A DNA stretch of 64,000 bases from Eledone cirrhosa. Lineage: Eukaryota. The translations under genes and the position numbers were made by a program. Location: NCBI GenBank assembly GCA_964016885.1, contig OZ024741.1, positions 30,566,001 through 30,630,000 on the forward strand, written 5' to 3'. How positions within the stretch are numbered: position 1 is the stretch's first letter; each line of letters begins with the position of its first letter. Shown one piece after another: positions 29,810 through 48,788 of this stretch. Under the pieces are notes generated by a model, which was given only the letters and a program-made list of their open reading frames with translations, did not search any database and was not told the DNA's origin.

Positions 29810-30810
29810 AACAAAATATACACACAAAGTCATATCAAGATACACAATGGGTCGTACAATAAAATGATGCATCTTGTTATAAACATGTACGCATATAAAA
29901 AATACATACATACACACATATATATATATATACATATCCATACATATATATAGAAAAATATAAAATATAAGATATATTAAAAATATTAAAAATATATATA
30001 TAACGGCACATAGAGATACAAAGTGTTCTATACATAAAATGGTGCGCCCAGTTGTATATGTCTACAGAGATGTTGTTACGTTGCGACCATGGATCAATCC
30101 ACGCAAGACCACATAATGGGCGTTCATAGTATTACAGTACATAGTATGCTCAGACAGTATAAAGACAATGCGTACAGAATATATATAATAAAAAACAGAA
30201 GGAACGTGTATGCATATGAAGTATTACACAAGATAAGTATGATATACACACGTGGGTCTGCATACGGAAAATGCGTTAGGTATTACAAAAAGGAATACGT
30301 GGATCGTATGCACTCTCTTATTGAAAAGATACACCTGCAGTGGGGTGCGTGGACCGGCCATACTTGCGTATGTCATTGTGGTTGCGGTGTAGTGTCCTAT
30401 TGGTGTAAGGCATTTGACCGAATATCAATGGAATCCGGGTCAACCTGTCCCGGCTCAGGTGATGTTCTTGCCTATGGTGACGTGCAGAGTCGGGTGGGCA
30501 TCCTGGGTTACTTCGGCTTACCCCATGGGGCATATATGGTCAACGGGGTATGGTGTCTGATCTCTTGACCCGTTTCGCCGCTATGGTCGGCGTGCGCTCT
30601 ACTGCCTGCTTTTAGCTTATGCTGCCCGGTGGATTCCATGCGGAGAGTGTGCACCTTCTCTGGTGTCTGCACGTTATGATTATTACTGATTTCCGGTTGA
30701 CCGCATCAACCGTCAGTCTGACTATCTGCACGGCCTCGAATAGGCATAGCCTGCACTTTCTATTTCCAGCCGAATAAGCACTCGTGTGCCGAACGATACT
30801 TCGGTTATAT
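29290..30810 (-). mobile_element. PLE 3' fragment: GIY-YIG C-terminus with a microsatellite-rich 3' region
   Basis: 30612-30810 reads CRLCLFEA...VNRKS...CRH, as at the end of the 56-58 kb ORF. The extent of the 3' region is inferred. Confidence 0.6.
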
Positions 30811-30822
30811 TTATATATATAT

Positions 30823-30908
<86 letters not shown>

Positions 30909-31410
30909 ATATTTGGGGAGGGTCATATTTGCGTAATATTGCCAGAATTAATAACAGAACACACTCACTGTTTGGTTGGTTTTCGCTTCTCGCTGTCTTT
31001 TATATATATATATCTGCGATCTAACTTACTCGGTCCTCAATGTTGCCATTGACTGACCGGTGGTCAAAAATAAAATAATACAGATACAATATAGACAAAC
31101 ACATATATATATAGTTTACATAAATCTTTCGTTGCACATCTGCAACATCGTCAGTGGTGTTATATTCATTGTTCCTCCTGTTGTGTTGTATGTCTACGCC
31201 ATTTTTTTTGTTCAGTCCGTCTATATATTTATTTATTTGTTTGCTTGTTTGTTTATCTTATTTTATTTTGTCTTCTTTGCGCATGCGTTTGCGTGTGTGA
31301 TGTGTGACTAGTGTGTATAGTGTTGTGTCTGCTGGGTGACTAGTGTGTGTTTATGTGCTTGTGTATGTATTTATTTATCTTATTTTATTTAATTTAATTT
31401 ACTTATTTAT

Positions 31411-33204
31411 TTATACTTCTCTTAGGTCAGTGTTGTTTGTTTGGGTGTTGTTGTTGTTCCACTCATTCTTTCTGTTTAGCTTTGGTCTTCTAATTTCTAT
31501 TTCACTGGCCTCTCTGATTTGCCTATCTGCTGGGTCATTCCTATGTTTAGATATTATTCTAATTTCTATGTTGTCTATGTTACCGTCATGATGTTGTCTA
31601 GCATGTTCGTATAGTACTGACCCGTTTTTTCGTCCTTTTAGTTCCCCCCAGTGTTGGTCTATCCTTTCACCTATGCTACGAGCTGTCTCACCTATGTATG
31701 TTGTTGTCGTGTTTCTACAAGTACCCTCTGTACATCTTATGCTATAGACTACGTTTCTAGTTTTACAGTTTATCCGGGGGTTCACCTTACATATGATACA
31801 TTTCCTATTGGTACAGTGGGTTTTCTTAAAAGGGTAGGTTTTGCTGATCAGGGATTTTATGGTGGTTCCTGGCTTTTCTACCACCTTTATTTTTAAGTGG
31901 GTCTTTCTCAGGGCCTTTCTACACTGGTTAGCTAATTTCCCTCCAGGGGTGGCGTCCACAAACATGACACTCTGATATCTCTGGTTGTCGTACCATGATG
32001 TGGCCTTCCCTATCTTATGTCTAGCCCTATCTAAGCTATTCCATGATTTGCTCCTGTATAGTGGGCAAATTCCTTTCATGTCCAGTTCTATGAGGGTCTT
32101 ATACTTTTCCATGGCTCCTTCGTATACTCTGACTCTGTCTCTTTGGTTGTAGCCAGAGAACTGCATGCGGTTGATGAAGTGTTGGATGTGTCCTTCCATT
32201 TCTGTTGGGTCGCACATGCTGGACACATTCTTCATCACTCGTACCAAATCTGCGATCAGAATATTAAACTTAGCACTACTGGACATTGCTGAGTTTTTGA
32301 GTATCAGGTATTTGGAGGCCATGGGTTTAGCATAGTGTGAGTGGAGAATTTGGGCTCTCTCGTCTATAGTGTTAATCCAGAGTTCTGTGTCTAATACAGG
32401 TAGTCTATTGTTAGGGTGTTTGGAAGGGAAGTCTATAGTTACAGTTATACTCTGGTGTATGGAATTAGCTATCTGCTGGATGCTTTCCATCGTGCTACGT
32501 TCTAAATCAAACTTGTTAGTGCTCTCTAGTGGGGGTGTTCTTATAACTATATTGATATCGTCTACATAACGAGAGTACATGATGAGGTCTATGGAGCTTT
32601 CATTAAGGAGATCTTTAAGTCTCCTTTCCCACCATACCATGAAAAGGTTGGCAACATCGCCAGCTATGCTGACGCCGATGGCTGCTCCCTCATTTTGGGT
32701 GTAGATTTTCTCATTGAACTTAAATATGTGGCCCTTTAGGGTAGTTTTGATACTAGCCCCTATTGCATGTGCGACCATTTTTCTTACCTGATCAGTGTTT
32801 TGGGGGGTCCGTATAGCTTTGGTCCACCCAATCCACCTTCCTATGGGAGTCTTTTTAGCCATTGAGGTTATGGTGGGGGGTCTACCTCTTATAGGTCTAC
32901 TAGGGCAGAAACATCTAAGGTCATGGCTGTCTAGGTAGTCAGTGTCGTAGGTAAGTCTAAGTAGGAGGCCCAGTTCGTCTGTGTCGACGTCGCAGAACTC
33001 CACCTCACTCTCAATGATCATCTCCACACATCTTTTCACAGCAAAATCAATGTTAATGGATGGGTACAGTGACACCACATCCATGCTGCCTATTATGCAG
33101 TTGGATAGGCTCCTGTTTTTGTTGCACTCACTGATTCTGCTGAGGAGGTCCTCTGTACTTTCACATACATCTGGGGACATCTTGATTATGGGGCGTATAA
33201 CCAT
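31411..33204 (-). CDS. PLE reverse transcriptase + GIY-YIG endonuclease (5'-truncated)
   Basis: SMDVVSLYPSI, GAAIG, RYVDD, Cys-rich linker, NVVY..C..C..YIGET. The frame extends upstream through the spacer (PTRPVCGAN). Confidence 0.9.
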   Translation of the reverse strand: MVIRPIIKMSPDVCESTEDLLSRISECNKNRSLSNCIIGSMDVVSLYPSINIDFAVKRCVEMIIESEVEFCDVDTDELGLLLRLTYDTDYLDSHDLRCFCPSRPIRGRPPTITSMAKKTPIGRWIGWTKAIRTPQNTDQVRKMVAHAIGASIKTTLKGHIFKFNEKIYTQNEGAAIGVSIAGDVANLFMVWWERRLKDLLNESSIDLIMYSRYVDDINIVIRTPPLESTNKFDLERSTMESIQQIANSIHQSITVTIDFPSKHPNNRLPVLDTELWINTIDERAQILHSHYAKPMASKYLILKNSAMSSSAKFNILIADLVRVMKNVSSMCDPTEMEGHIQHFINRMQFSGYNQRDRVRVYEGAMEKYKTLIELDMKGICPLYRSKSWNSLDRARHKIGKATSWYDNQRYQSVMFVDATPGGKLANQCRKALRKTHLKIKVVEKPGTTIKSLISKTYPFKKTHCTNRKCIICKVNPRINCKTRNVVYSIRCTEGTCRNTTTTYIGETARSIGERIDQHWGELKGRKNGSVLYEHARQHHDGNIDNIEIRIISKHRNDPADRQIREASEIEIRRPKLNRKNEWNNNNTQTNNTDLREV

Positions 33205-33297
33205 TGAGAGGAAGTAGGAGATCCTGTAGTTGCTAGCTATATTAGCTCCGCATACAGGTCTTGTTGGTGCAACTACAGGATCTCCTACTTCCTCTCA

Positions 33298-35091
33298 ATG
33301 GTTATACGCCCCATAATCAAGATGTCCCCAGATGTATGTGAAAGTACAGAGGACCTCCTCAGCAGAATCAGTGAGTGCAACAAAAACAGGAGCCTATCCA
33401 ACTGCATAATAGGCAGCATGGATGTGGTGTCACTGTACCCATCCATTAACATTGATTTTGCTGTGAAAAGATGTGTGGAGATGATCATTGAGAGTGAGGT
33501 GGAGTTCTGCGACGTCGACACAGACGAACTGGGCCTCCTACTTAGACTTACCTACGACACTGACTACCTAGACAGCCATGACCTTAGATGTTTCTGCCCT
33601 AGTAGACCTATAAGAGGTAGACCCCCCACCATAACCTCAATGGCTAAAAAGACTCCCATAGGAAGGTGGATTGGGTGGACCAAAGCTATACGGACCCCCC
33701 AAAACACTGATCAGGTAAGAAAAATGGTCGCACATGCAATAGGGGCTAGTATCAAAACTACCCTAAAGGGCCACATATTTAAGTTCAATGAGAAAATCTA
33801 CACCCAAAATGAGGGAGCAGCCATCGGCGTCAGCATAGCTGGCGATGTTGCCAACCTTTTCATGGTATGGTGGGAAAGGAGACTTAAAGATCTCCTTAAT
33901 GAAAGCTCCATAGACCTCATCATGTACTCTCGTTATGTAGACGATATCAATATAGTTATAAGAACACCCCCACTAGAGAGCACTAACAAGTTTGATTTAG
34001 AACGTAGCACGATGGAAAGCATCCAGCAGATAGCTAATTCCATACACCAGAGTATAACTGTAACTATAGACTTCCCTTCCAAACACCCTAACAATAGACT
34101 ACCTGTATTAGACACAGAACTCTGGATTAACACTATAGACGAGAGAGCCCAAATTCTCCACTCACACTATGCTAAACCCATGGCCTCCAAATACCTGATA
34201 CTCAAAAACTCAGCAATGTCCAGTAGTGCTAAGTTTAATATTCTGATCGCAGATTTGGTACGAGTGATGAAGAATGTGTCCAGCATGTGCGACCCAACAG
34301 AAATGGAAGGACACATCCAACACTTCATCAACCGCATGCAGTTCTCTGGCTACAACCAAAGAGACAGAGTCAGAGTATACGAAGGAGCCATGGAAAAGTA
34401 TAAGACCCTCATAGAACTGGACATGAAAGGAATTTGCCCACTATACAGGAGCAAATCATGGAATAGCTTAGATAGGGCTAGACATAAGATAGGGAAGGCC
34501 ACATCATGGTACGACAACCAGAGATATCAGAGTGTCATGTTTGTGGACGCCACCCCTGGAGGGAAATTAGCTAACCAGTGTAGAAAGGCCCTGAGAAAGA
34601 CCCACTTAAAAATAAAGGTGGTAGAAAAGCCAGGAACCACCATAAAATCCCTGATCAGCAAAACCTACCCTTTTAAGAAAACCCACTGTACCAATAGGAA
34701 ATGTATCATATGTAAGGTGAACCCCCGGATAAACTGTAAAACTAGAAACGTAGTCTATAGCATAAGATGTACAGAGGGTACTTGTAGAAACACGACAACA
34801 ACATACATAGGTGAGACAGCTCGTAGCATAGGTGAAAGGATAGACCAACACTGGGGGGAACTAAAAGGACGAAAAAACGGGTCAGTACTATACGAACATG
34901 CTAGACAACATCATGACGGTAACATAGACAACATAGAAATTAGAATAATATCTAAACATAGGAATGACCCAGCAGATAGGCAAATCAGAGAGGCCAGTGA
35001 AATAGAAATTAGAAGACCAAAGCTAAACAGAAAGAATGAGTGGAACAACAACAACACCCAAACAAACAACACTGACCTAAGAGAAGTATAA
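33298..35091 (+). CDS. PLE reverse transcriptase + GIY-YIG endonuclease (identical mirror copy)
   Basis: Same 597-aa translation as 31411-33204. Confidence 0.9.
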   Translation: MVIRPIIKMSPDVCESTEDLLSRISECNKNRSLSNCIIGSMDVVSLYPSINIDFAVKRCVEMIIESEVEFCDVDTDELGLLLRLTYDTDYLDSHDLRCFCPSRPIRGRPPTITSMAKKTPIGRWIGWTKAIRTPQNTDQVRKMVAHAIGASIKTTLKGHIFKFNEKIYTQNEGAAIGVSIAGDVANLFMVWWERRLKDLLNESSIDLIMYSRYVDDINIVIRTPPLESTNKFDLERSTMESIQQIANSIHQSITVTIDFPSKHPNNRLPVLDTELWINTIDERAQILHSHYAKPMASKYLILKNSAMSSSAKFNILIADLVRVMKNVSSMCDPTEMEGHIQHFINRMQFSGYNQRDRVRVYEGAMEKYKTLIELDMKGICPLYRSKSWNSLDRARHKIGKATSWYDNQRYQSVMFVDATPGGKLANQCRKALRKTHLKIKVVEKPGTTIKSLISKTYPFKKTHCTNRKCIICKVNPRINCKTRNVVYSIRCTEGTCRNTTTTYIGETARSIGERIDQHWGELKGRKNGSVLYEHARQHHDGNIDNIEIRIISKHRNDPADRQIREASEIEIRRPKLNRKNEWNNNNTQTNNTDLREV

Positions 35092-35344
35092 ATAAATAAG
35101 TAAATTAAATTAAATAAAATAAGATAAATAAATACATACACAAGCACATAAACACACACTAGTCACCCAGCAGACACAACACTATACACACTAGTCACAC
35201 ATCACACACGCAAACGCATGCGCAAAGAAGACAAAATAAAATAAGATAAACAAACAAGCAAACAAATAAATAAATATATAGACGGACTGAACAAAAAAAA
35301 ATGGCGTAGACATACAACACAACAGGAGGAACAATGAATATAAC

Positions 35345-35385
35345 ACCACTGACGATGTTGCAGATGTGCAACGAAAGATTTATGT
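35345..35385 (+). ncRNA. Hammerhead-like motif in the PLE 3' repeat (mirror at ~31118-31158, minus)
   Basis: CTGACGA t gttgca-gatg-tgcaac GAAA gatt TA tgt. Core and helix II are intact but helix I is weak. Confidence 0.6.
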
Positions 35386-35640
35386 AAACTATATATATAT
35401 GTGTTTGTCTATATTGTATCTGTATTATTTTATTTTTGACCACCGGTCAGTCAATGGCAACATTGAGGACCGAGTAAGTTAGATCGCAGATATATATATA
35501 TAAAAGACAGCGAGAAGCGAAAACCAACCAAACAGTGAGTGTGTTCTGTTATTAATTCTGGCAATATTACGCAAATATGACCCTCCCCAAATATAACAAT
35601 ATCTGTTTCGACACACGATTTCATATAAAAAACCTCGCAA

Positions 35641-35760
<120 letters not shown>

Positions 35761-35765
35761 GTATA

Positions 35766-36648
35766 CGATGTGGGTCAGAAAAGTTCCAAGACTGATGTCA
35801 CCAAATATTTCTTTCAAACCTAAACTTCACGCTAACACTTTTCTCCTTCAAAGTAATCCCCCTCGAGTCTAATGCACTTTTCCATACTTTTCTGCCACGC
35901 TTGATTGCACTCCTGGAAGGATTCTTCCGTGATCCTCCGCAGTTCCGTCGTCACGGCCGTTTTGATGTCGTCCACGTCTTCAAAACGGGTACCCTCTGGG
36001 TCGTACTCGAAGATCAATAACTCATCACCGGTGATGGCTGTCCCTAACAAGTCTGGTTCGGTTTCAAGACGCTCGAGGATGTCCTGGCACACTTGTATGC
36101 GTCGACCCTTCTGCAGTTTTGGCACCATCTTCGCGCAGACTTTCCGCATGTCCAAATCTTCAGTGACAATCTTCCAGACGCTGTCCCGATTCATGCCCAG
36201 CTCATTTGCCATCAGTTGAACAGTCAGCCGACGATCGCTACGCACCATCTGCCTGACGCGTTCAACGTTGACTTCAGTCCTGGTTGTTGAGGGCCTTCCG
36301 CTCCTGGGGTCATCTTCCACGTCCTCGCGTCTTTCTTTAAACCTCTTGAACAACTCAAAAACACGTGAGCGTGACATCGTCTCATCTCCATACACTTGCT
36401 GCAGCAATCCCAGTGCTTCTGACGGAGTTTTCAAGTTTTTTCGTTGCTCTGTGCTCATTGCTTGACGACCTGAAACAGAGGAGATGTATATCAAATTATG
36501 AAGAAAAACGTTTGATCGCTGCTGAGAGCTAGGATTACAGTTACAAACTCCATATTACTTTGAAGGAGAAAACTCTTAGTGTGAAGTTTGGGTTTGAAAT
36601 AAATCTGTTGTGACATCAGTCCTGGAACTTTTCTGACGACACACCTCG
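35766..36648 (-). mobile_element. Mariner element, internally deleted
   Basis: Imperfect TIRs (cgatgtgggtcagaaaagttccaagactgatgtcac / gtgacatcagtcctggaacttttctgac...cg) and TA TSD. Confidence 0.9.
35832..36494 (-). pseudogene. Mariner transposase: HTH domains retained, catalytic core deleted in frame
   Basis: VYGD..MSRSRV, EDDPRSGRP, KVCAKMVPK and ITGDE, then a direct jump to the C-terminal G.RF...KCI..EGDYFE. YSPDL is missing. Confidence 0.85.
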
Positions 36649-36802
36649 TATATATATATACGTTTTCTGTCTTTCTTTCTTTTTTTCTCTCTTTTTTTCT
36701 CTCTGTGTACAATTTTTTCACTGCCATATCAACCTCTTCAAATGCAAGTCGATGTTATTACGGTATGTCGAATCTATTTATCTATAAAACTGTTTATATT
36801 GT

Positions 36803-36866
36803 ATTTTGTCTGAGGAAGGCATAGCATATTGTTAATATGATATCCCTGAAATATATATAATGAAAT
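36803..36866 (+). ncRNA. Hammerhead ribozyme motif (diverged)
   Basis: attttgt CTGAGGA aggcatagcatatt-gtt-aatatgatatccct GAAA tatata TA atgaaat. Confidence 0.62.
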
Positions 36867-36904
36867 AAATATGGTTTTATAAATATAGTTTCCATTTATT
36901 TAAT

Positions 36905-36957
<53 letters not shown>

Positions 36958-37061
36958 GAGTTAAACAAGATTCAATGAGTATATCAAAGAATGAGTTTTA
37001 CAGTAGATTGGAAGCACTCTACGTAAAATAATTTTCCAGCGTTATTAATATTAAAATACAA

Positions 37062-38737
37062 ATATTAATAAAATAGATGTTCTTTTGATGAATTACATTT
37101 TATTATACATATTTCGGAGGTACAACAGTACGTCCTCATCAAACAAAATATAATGATACATGACATACCCTGCGATGTTAAATGGTTAAGATTTAATCGA
37201 GGTAGTGATTAACCTAAGAGAAAATTCAACATGTATACCCTAATAATGAGTAAATGCGAAAACGTAATAAATTCAATTGAGACTCTGTGAGTAAGAAAAA
37301 CGTTGGTTAAAGTGTCAGCTATAGAGATTTTAAAATGTAGGATACTACAGGTTATGTTTATCTAGGAAAACATCTCATGAATTATAACAGTCAATGAGGG
37401 CCGCTGAAAGGGGATTTGAAGAGAGGGAAAGATAACGGGGAGTAATATATGCAGAAAGAGATTTTTTCAAAAAGCTAAACGGTTAAGTTTCAAAATATTT
37501 AATTTATGTTATTTTAAGGGTGAAGAATCAAGATTTTAGGTTTTTTTAAAAGTTGCTGGTTATTTATATTTATTAATTTTATAAATTCTATAGGTATGTT
37601 AACATTTCTAAACTTCTGAATTTTATGATGATAACATTTAAAGGATTTACCTGGCCACCGAAAGGAAAATTTATACTGTTGAATATTTTCCTAAATGTAA
37701 ACTTTAACGAAGATAATCTATAAAAATGTCAACATTTTCGGTATGTAAAGCTTATGAAGTACTTATTGTTAGAAATATTTAAATAACGATTATGTATATA
37801 GATATATATTAATGAGTCAGTATATTTTAGGTAAATGATAACGAATATAAAATAATAGATTGAAGCATGCTAAAGTTAAATAGATACCTATATATAACAG
37901 GGTGTAAATGCATGAATTATTCACAGTTCAAAATAAATAATAATCTAGAAATTTAGAAGTTATCTAAAAATTCTGTATAGAGAGATACAGGGAGGTATAT
38001 ATAGATATATATTAGGTATTAGTGATACATTATACTTTAGGTAAATGATAACGATTATAATCTTAAATAATAGATTTCAACGTGTTACAGTTAAATACAT
38101 ACATATATATAAGAAAAACAATAATAAATGCATGAATAATTCAGAGTTCAAAATAAGGTCCGTAATAATTTATAGTTTGGAAATTTGCTCTATATTTGAA
38201 TCATGGATATAAAAATACGGTAGGTATATTTAAAAACTTAAAAAAGATAATTACATACATATTATAAATAAGAAATAAAAAATGTAAACACATGAAAGAT
38301 TCACAGTTAAAAATAAGTTCCGTAAAAATATACGGGTTGGATATTTAAACTAAAATTTAAAACTTAGCTAGGAAAATAAAGATAGAGAAATAATGGTATG
38401 GATCATTGACTGTTATAATTCATGAGATGTTTTCCTAGATAAACATAACCTGTAGTATCCTACATTTTAAAATCTCTATAGCTGACACTTTAACCAACGT
38501 TTTTCTTACTCACACATTCTCTATTGAATTTATTACGTTTTCGCATTTTCTTATTATTAGGGCATAAATGTTGAATTTTCTCTCAGGTTAATCACTACCT
38601 TGATTAAATCTTAACCATTTAACATCACAGGGTATGTCATGTATCATTATATTTTGTCTGATGAGGACGTACTGTTGTACCTCCGAAATATGTATAATAA
38701 AATGTAATTGATCAAAAGAACAACTATTTTATTAATA
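37062..38737. mobile_element. Non-coding fold-back element with ~335-bp HHR-bearing inverted arms
   Basis: 37062-37397 is the reverse complement of 38402-38737. The interior has degenerate ~210-bp tandem repeats. Confidence 0.8.
38651..38703 (+). ncRNA. Type I hammerhead ribozyme (core-mutated mirror at 37097-37149)
   Basis: attttgt CTGATGA ggacgtac-tgtt-gtacctcc GAAA tatgta TA ataaaat. Confidence 0.78.
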
Positions 38738-38838
38738 TATATATATATGTATATATATATAAAACAAAGGAATTGTGGTAAAGAACCAGAAATAGCCGTC
38801 GAAACGGCTTGAGCTCTGCCGCCCGGGTCATACTTTTT

Positions 38839-43761
<4,923 letters not shown>

Positions 43762-43768
43762 GATATAG

Positions 43769-43817
<49 letters not shown>

Positions 43818-44690
43818 CGTTATTCCGGGTTGAATCGGAGGTAACCACAGTAAGTAAGGTACTCAATACATAGCAGAGTATAACAGTTTTAATATAGATG
43901 AGATTCTACAGGACTAGAACTGTTTCATTCATTAGAAATCATCAGGAATCTGGGTATCAAAAAATAAATATGGTATTTATAGGTCTCTACAAGTGGTAGG
44001 AGAGGGTGGGGAGTTGGATGGGTGCAGGTCATTGGTTGATAGAAAAGGGAATTCATTAAAAGCTAATTCTACAAAGCTATAGTTAATTTTTATTTTTATT
44101 TATATTTATTTATGTTTTTAGAGTAACAAAGGCAGACAACATTCTATAAACAGGTCCCGGATGGCATACCATTCCTTGTCAATAAGTTTCTCTTAAGCTA
44201 ACAGATGTCTATAAAATCAGTGGGGGGTCAGTCAAGCTCGATAGAATTAAAGAAGAGGGAGATTCTTTAAAAGCTAAAGTCATTAAGGTTCTACTAAGTG
44301 ACAAAGGTCTAGGGAATTCTGCAGGCAGATTCAAAATACTGAGTGCATATCTTACTATTATCTTCGAACTTCTCTTAAACTAATCAACAATATGCCAAAA
44401 TCAACAGACACATTCACAAAAAAACAAAAAAAAACAAAAAAACAAAAAAACAAAAAAACAGAAAAACAAAAAAACACACATAAAAAACAAAAAAAACACA
44501 CATACTCACTCACACACTTACGCGCAACCATAAACACACACACAAACACATATACACACATAAAAACACACACACATATATAAAAAATATATAAATATAT
44601 ATAAAAAAATATATATTCATGTACACACACATACAAACACACATACATACATACATACATATATAAAATACATATACACATATACATACG

Positions 44691-44792
<102 letters not shown>

Positions 44793-44823
44793 CACACATA
44801 CACACACATACAAACACACATAC

Positions 44824-44873
<50 letters not shown>

Positions 44874-44883
44874 ACACACACAA

Positions 44884-44928
<45 letters not shown>

Positions 44929-44945
44929 CATATATATATATATAT

Positions 44946-45006
<61 letters not shown>

Positions 45007-45117
45007 GACATACACATACATACACACACACAGACATATATACACAAATAAATAGACTCAGACGCATACATACAAACACGAGTATACATATGTATAAATA
45101 TCTATACACTCACACAT

Positions 45118-45158
<41 letters not shown>

Positions 45159-45233
45159 CATGAGAGAGAGAGTGTGTGTATATATATTTTGTGTGTGGGT
45201 GTGTGTATGTGTGCATGCGCGCGTGAGTGTGTG

Positions 45234-45290
<57 letters not shown>

Positions 45291-45433
45291 ATATCCATAC
45301 ATACACAAACATACACATACATACACAGACCTATACATAAATATACACATATATATACAGACATATAACGCACATATACACACACACATATACATACACA
45401 CATACATATACATACATATATATACATATACAT

Positions 45434-45514
<81 letters not shown>

Positions 45515-45595
45515 TATACACACTCACGCGCGCATGCACACATACACACACCCACACACAAAATATATATACACACACACACTCTCTCTCTCATG

Positions 45596-45647
<52 letters not shown>

Positions 45648-45735
45648 CACACACACATACACACACACATACACATATATATACATATATATACATACGT
45701 ATACATATATATACATATATATACACACATATATA

Positions 45736-45777
<42 letters not shown>

Positions 45778-45852
45778 CACACATATATATACATATATAT
45801 ATATATATACACACACCTGCCCACACAGTGATATACATATATATATACATAT

Positions 45853-45917
<65 letters not shown>

Positions 45918-45922
45918 TACAC

Positions 45923-45958
<36 letters not shown>

Positions 45959-46048
45959 GCACACACATACATACATACATATACACACACACATACATAT
46001 ACATATATACATATACATACATATATATATATACATACACATATATAC

Positions 46049-46105
<57 letters not shown>

Positions 46106-46174
46106 CACACATACATACATATACATGCATACATATATATATATATATATATATACATACACACACATATATAT

Positions 46175-46239
<65 letters not shown>

Positions 46240-46392
46240 TATACACACACACATACATATACACATATATATACACACATATACACACACATACATACAT
46301 ACACACATACACAGACATATACATAAACATACACACACACATACACACGTATACATACATACATACATACATACACATACATACACACATAC

Positions 46393-46435
<43 letters not shown>

Positions 46436-46475
46436 TATATGTATACATATATACATACACATATACATATATATA

Positions 46476-46513
<38 letters not shown>

Positions 46514-46686
46514 CATACACATACATACATATACACAAACACATACATACATATACATACAAAAATATACACACAAACATATATATATATACACATACAT
46601 AAATATATATATATATATACATATACACACACATATACATATATATACATACATATATATACACACATATATATATATATACATAT

Positions 46687-47101
46687 AGAAAACAAATGCC
46701 TCACAAATGACATCGTATACAAATGCGATGTCATCTCGGGCACCGAGGATTGCAAAAAAACTTACATCGGCATGACCTCCAACACCTTTAAGAACCGCTG
46801 GTATGCCCATACCCACTCCTTCAGAAGACCGGATAAATCAAATCAAACAACACTCGCCTCCTACGTTTGGGACCTCAAAAGGAACTCCACCCCCTTCACG
46901 CTTAATTGGAAAATACTCCAGAAAGCGCGCTCTTACAACGGAGGACACAAGGGCTGCGACCTTTGTATTTCAGAGAGCTACGAAATTTTATTAGCCAAGG
47001 GCCCGCTACTGAACAAACTCTCTGAACACTGCCCGAACTGCATGCACAAGAACTTTGCAACATTCAAACACTTTAAGCCAGTGTTAAAGCCCGATGGCTA
47101 A
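46687..47101 (+). pseudogene. GIY-YIG endonuclease domain of a 5'-truncated PLE (Naiad-like)
   Basis: [10 protein letters not shown]...[15 protein letters not shown]...CDLCISE...LLNK...CMH. Confidence 0.88.
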
Positions 47102-47319
47102 AAACGACCTCCCCCCACTGGCCCCTATACCTCCTCCCCACCCTACCCCCACCCCTCCTCAACCTGAAATACGGCCACTATGGTCATGTGAGTACCTCTT
47201 TCGTATCTACATTTTCTGCCTGTAGAGGTGTCTTTATGTGCCTGTGTATATGCGTATATTTATTGAGTACCTATTTACTTGTATGTGTATATATTTGTCT
47301 GTATATGTGTATATGTGTA

Positions 47320-47395
<76 letters not shown>

Positions 47396-47738
47396 GATAT
47401 ATATATATGTATATGTATATATGTATATATATATGTTTGTGTGTATATGTGTTTTATGTGTGTATATTTATGTAGGTATATGTATGTATGTGTTTGTGTA
47501 TATGTATGTATGTATGTATATGTGTATATATATATGTATATATGTGTGTATATATATATGTATGTATATATATGTATATATATATATGTGTGTATATATA
47601 TGTATGTATATATATGTATATGTGTGTGTATATGTATATATATATATATATTTATGTATGTGTATATATATATGTTTGTGTGTATATTTTTGTATGTATA
47701 TGTATGTATGTGTTTGTGTATATGTATGTATGTGTATG

Positions 47739-47804
<66 letters not shown>

Positions 47805-47844
47805 TATATATATGTATATGTGTATGTATATATGTATACATATA

Positions 47845-47881
<37 letters not shown>

Positions 47882-48049
47882 GTATGTGTGTATGTATGTG
47901 TATGTATGTATATATGTATGTATACGTGTATATGTGTGTGTGTATGTTTATGTATATGTCTGTGTATGTGTGTATGTATGTATGTGTGTGTATATGTGTG
48001 TATATATATGTGTATATGTATGTGTGTGTGTATATATATGTATATATAT

Positions 48050-48600
48050 GTCGGGTCGTTGGCGACTAAACTGGCAACCCCACCAAGGTTTCTTGGTGAG
48101 GAGGGTGACTTTGGACATCCTGCAGGACTAAAAACAAAACCTGTCAAAGGGCAAGGGAGCTCTTAAGAGTCAATAGCCATCCAAAATCACCGGGAGAGAT
48201 GACCCCTTAGCCTTTGTCAAGGCAGAATTCTAGGAGAAGGAAAACTCTGATATAACACCTGCAACCCTGATGGTATCCAATGATGTTGACTTGTTCTTCT
48301 TTTTGGTAAATATCATCTTGGTTAAGAGAGTGGGACTGGCTTTGTGCAGTGCCTTTGCTCACTATAAAAGCTTCACAGCACAGGCATTGCTTTATATCTG
48401 GAGATCTCTCTGCACTTGTCATCACATGGTACCATGGGCCCTGCACTATGTGTCAATAATGGTCACAAGTGTAGTCTTTGTACCAGAGTTTTCAAGTCGC
48501 TGGCTGGACTAAAAAGTCACATTCGTTCAGCGCATCGGTAGGGGTTCTCCTACATGGATATAAAGTAGTGGCCGTACTCGAAAACGAGTTGGCAGCCACC
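48050..48600. mobile_element. Secondary insert, probably a rearranged LINE 5' fragment
   Basis: Complex sequence absent from the mirror arm and flanked by (TA)n. Only weak APE-like cues on the minus strand. Confidence 0.4.
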
Positions 48601-48632
<32 letters not shown>

Positions 48633-48647
48633 ATATATATGTGTGTG

Positions 48648-48683
<36 letters not shown>

Positions 48684-48721
48684 CATGTATATGTATGTAT
48701 GTGTGTATGTATGTATGTGTG

Positions 48722-48788
<67 letters not shown>

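Noticed and set aside
33298-33300. ATG as the true start of the PLE protein
   Set aside because: The frame continues upstream in the minus copy, so this is an internal Met of a 5'-truncated ORF.
35435-35500. HDV-like ribozyme
   Set aside because: Only a single hairpin could be formed, and the nested double pseudoknot could not be built by eye.
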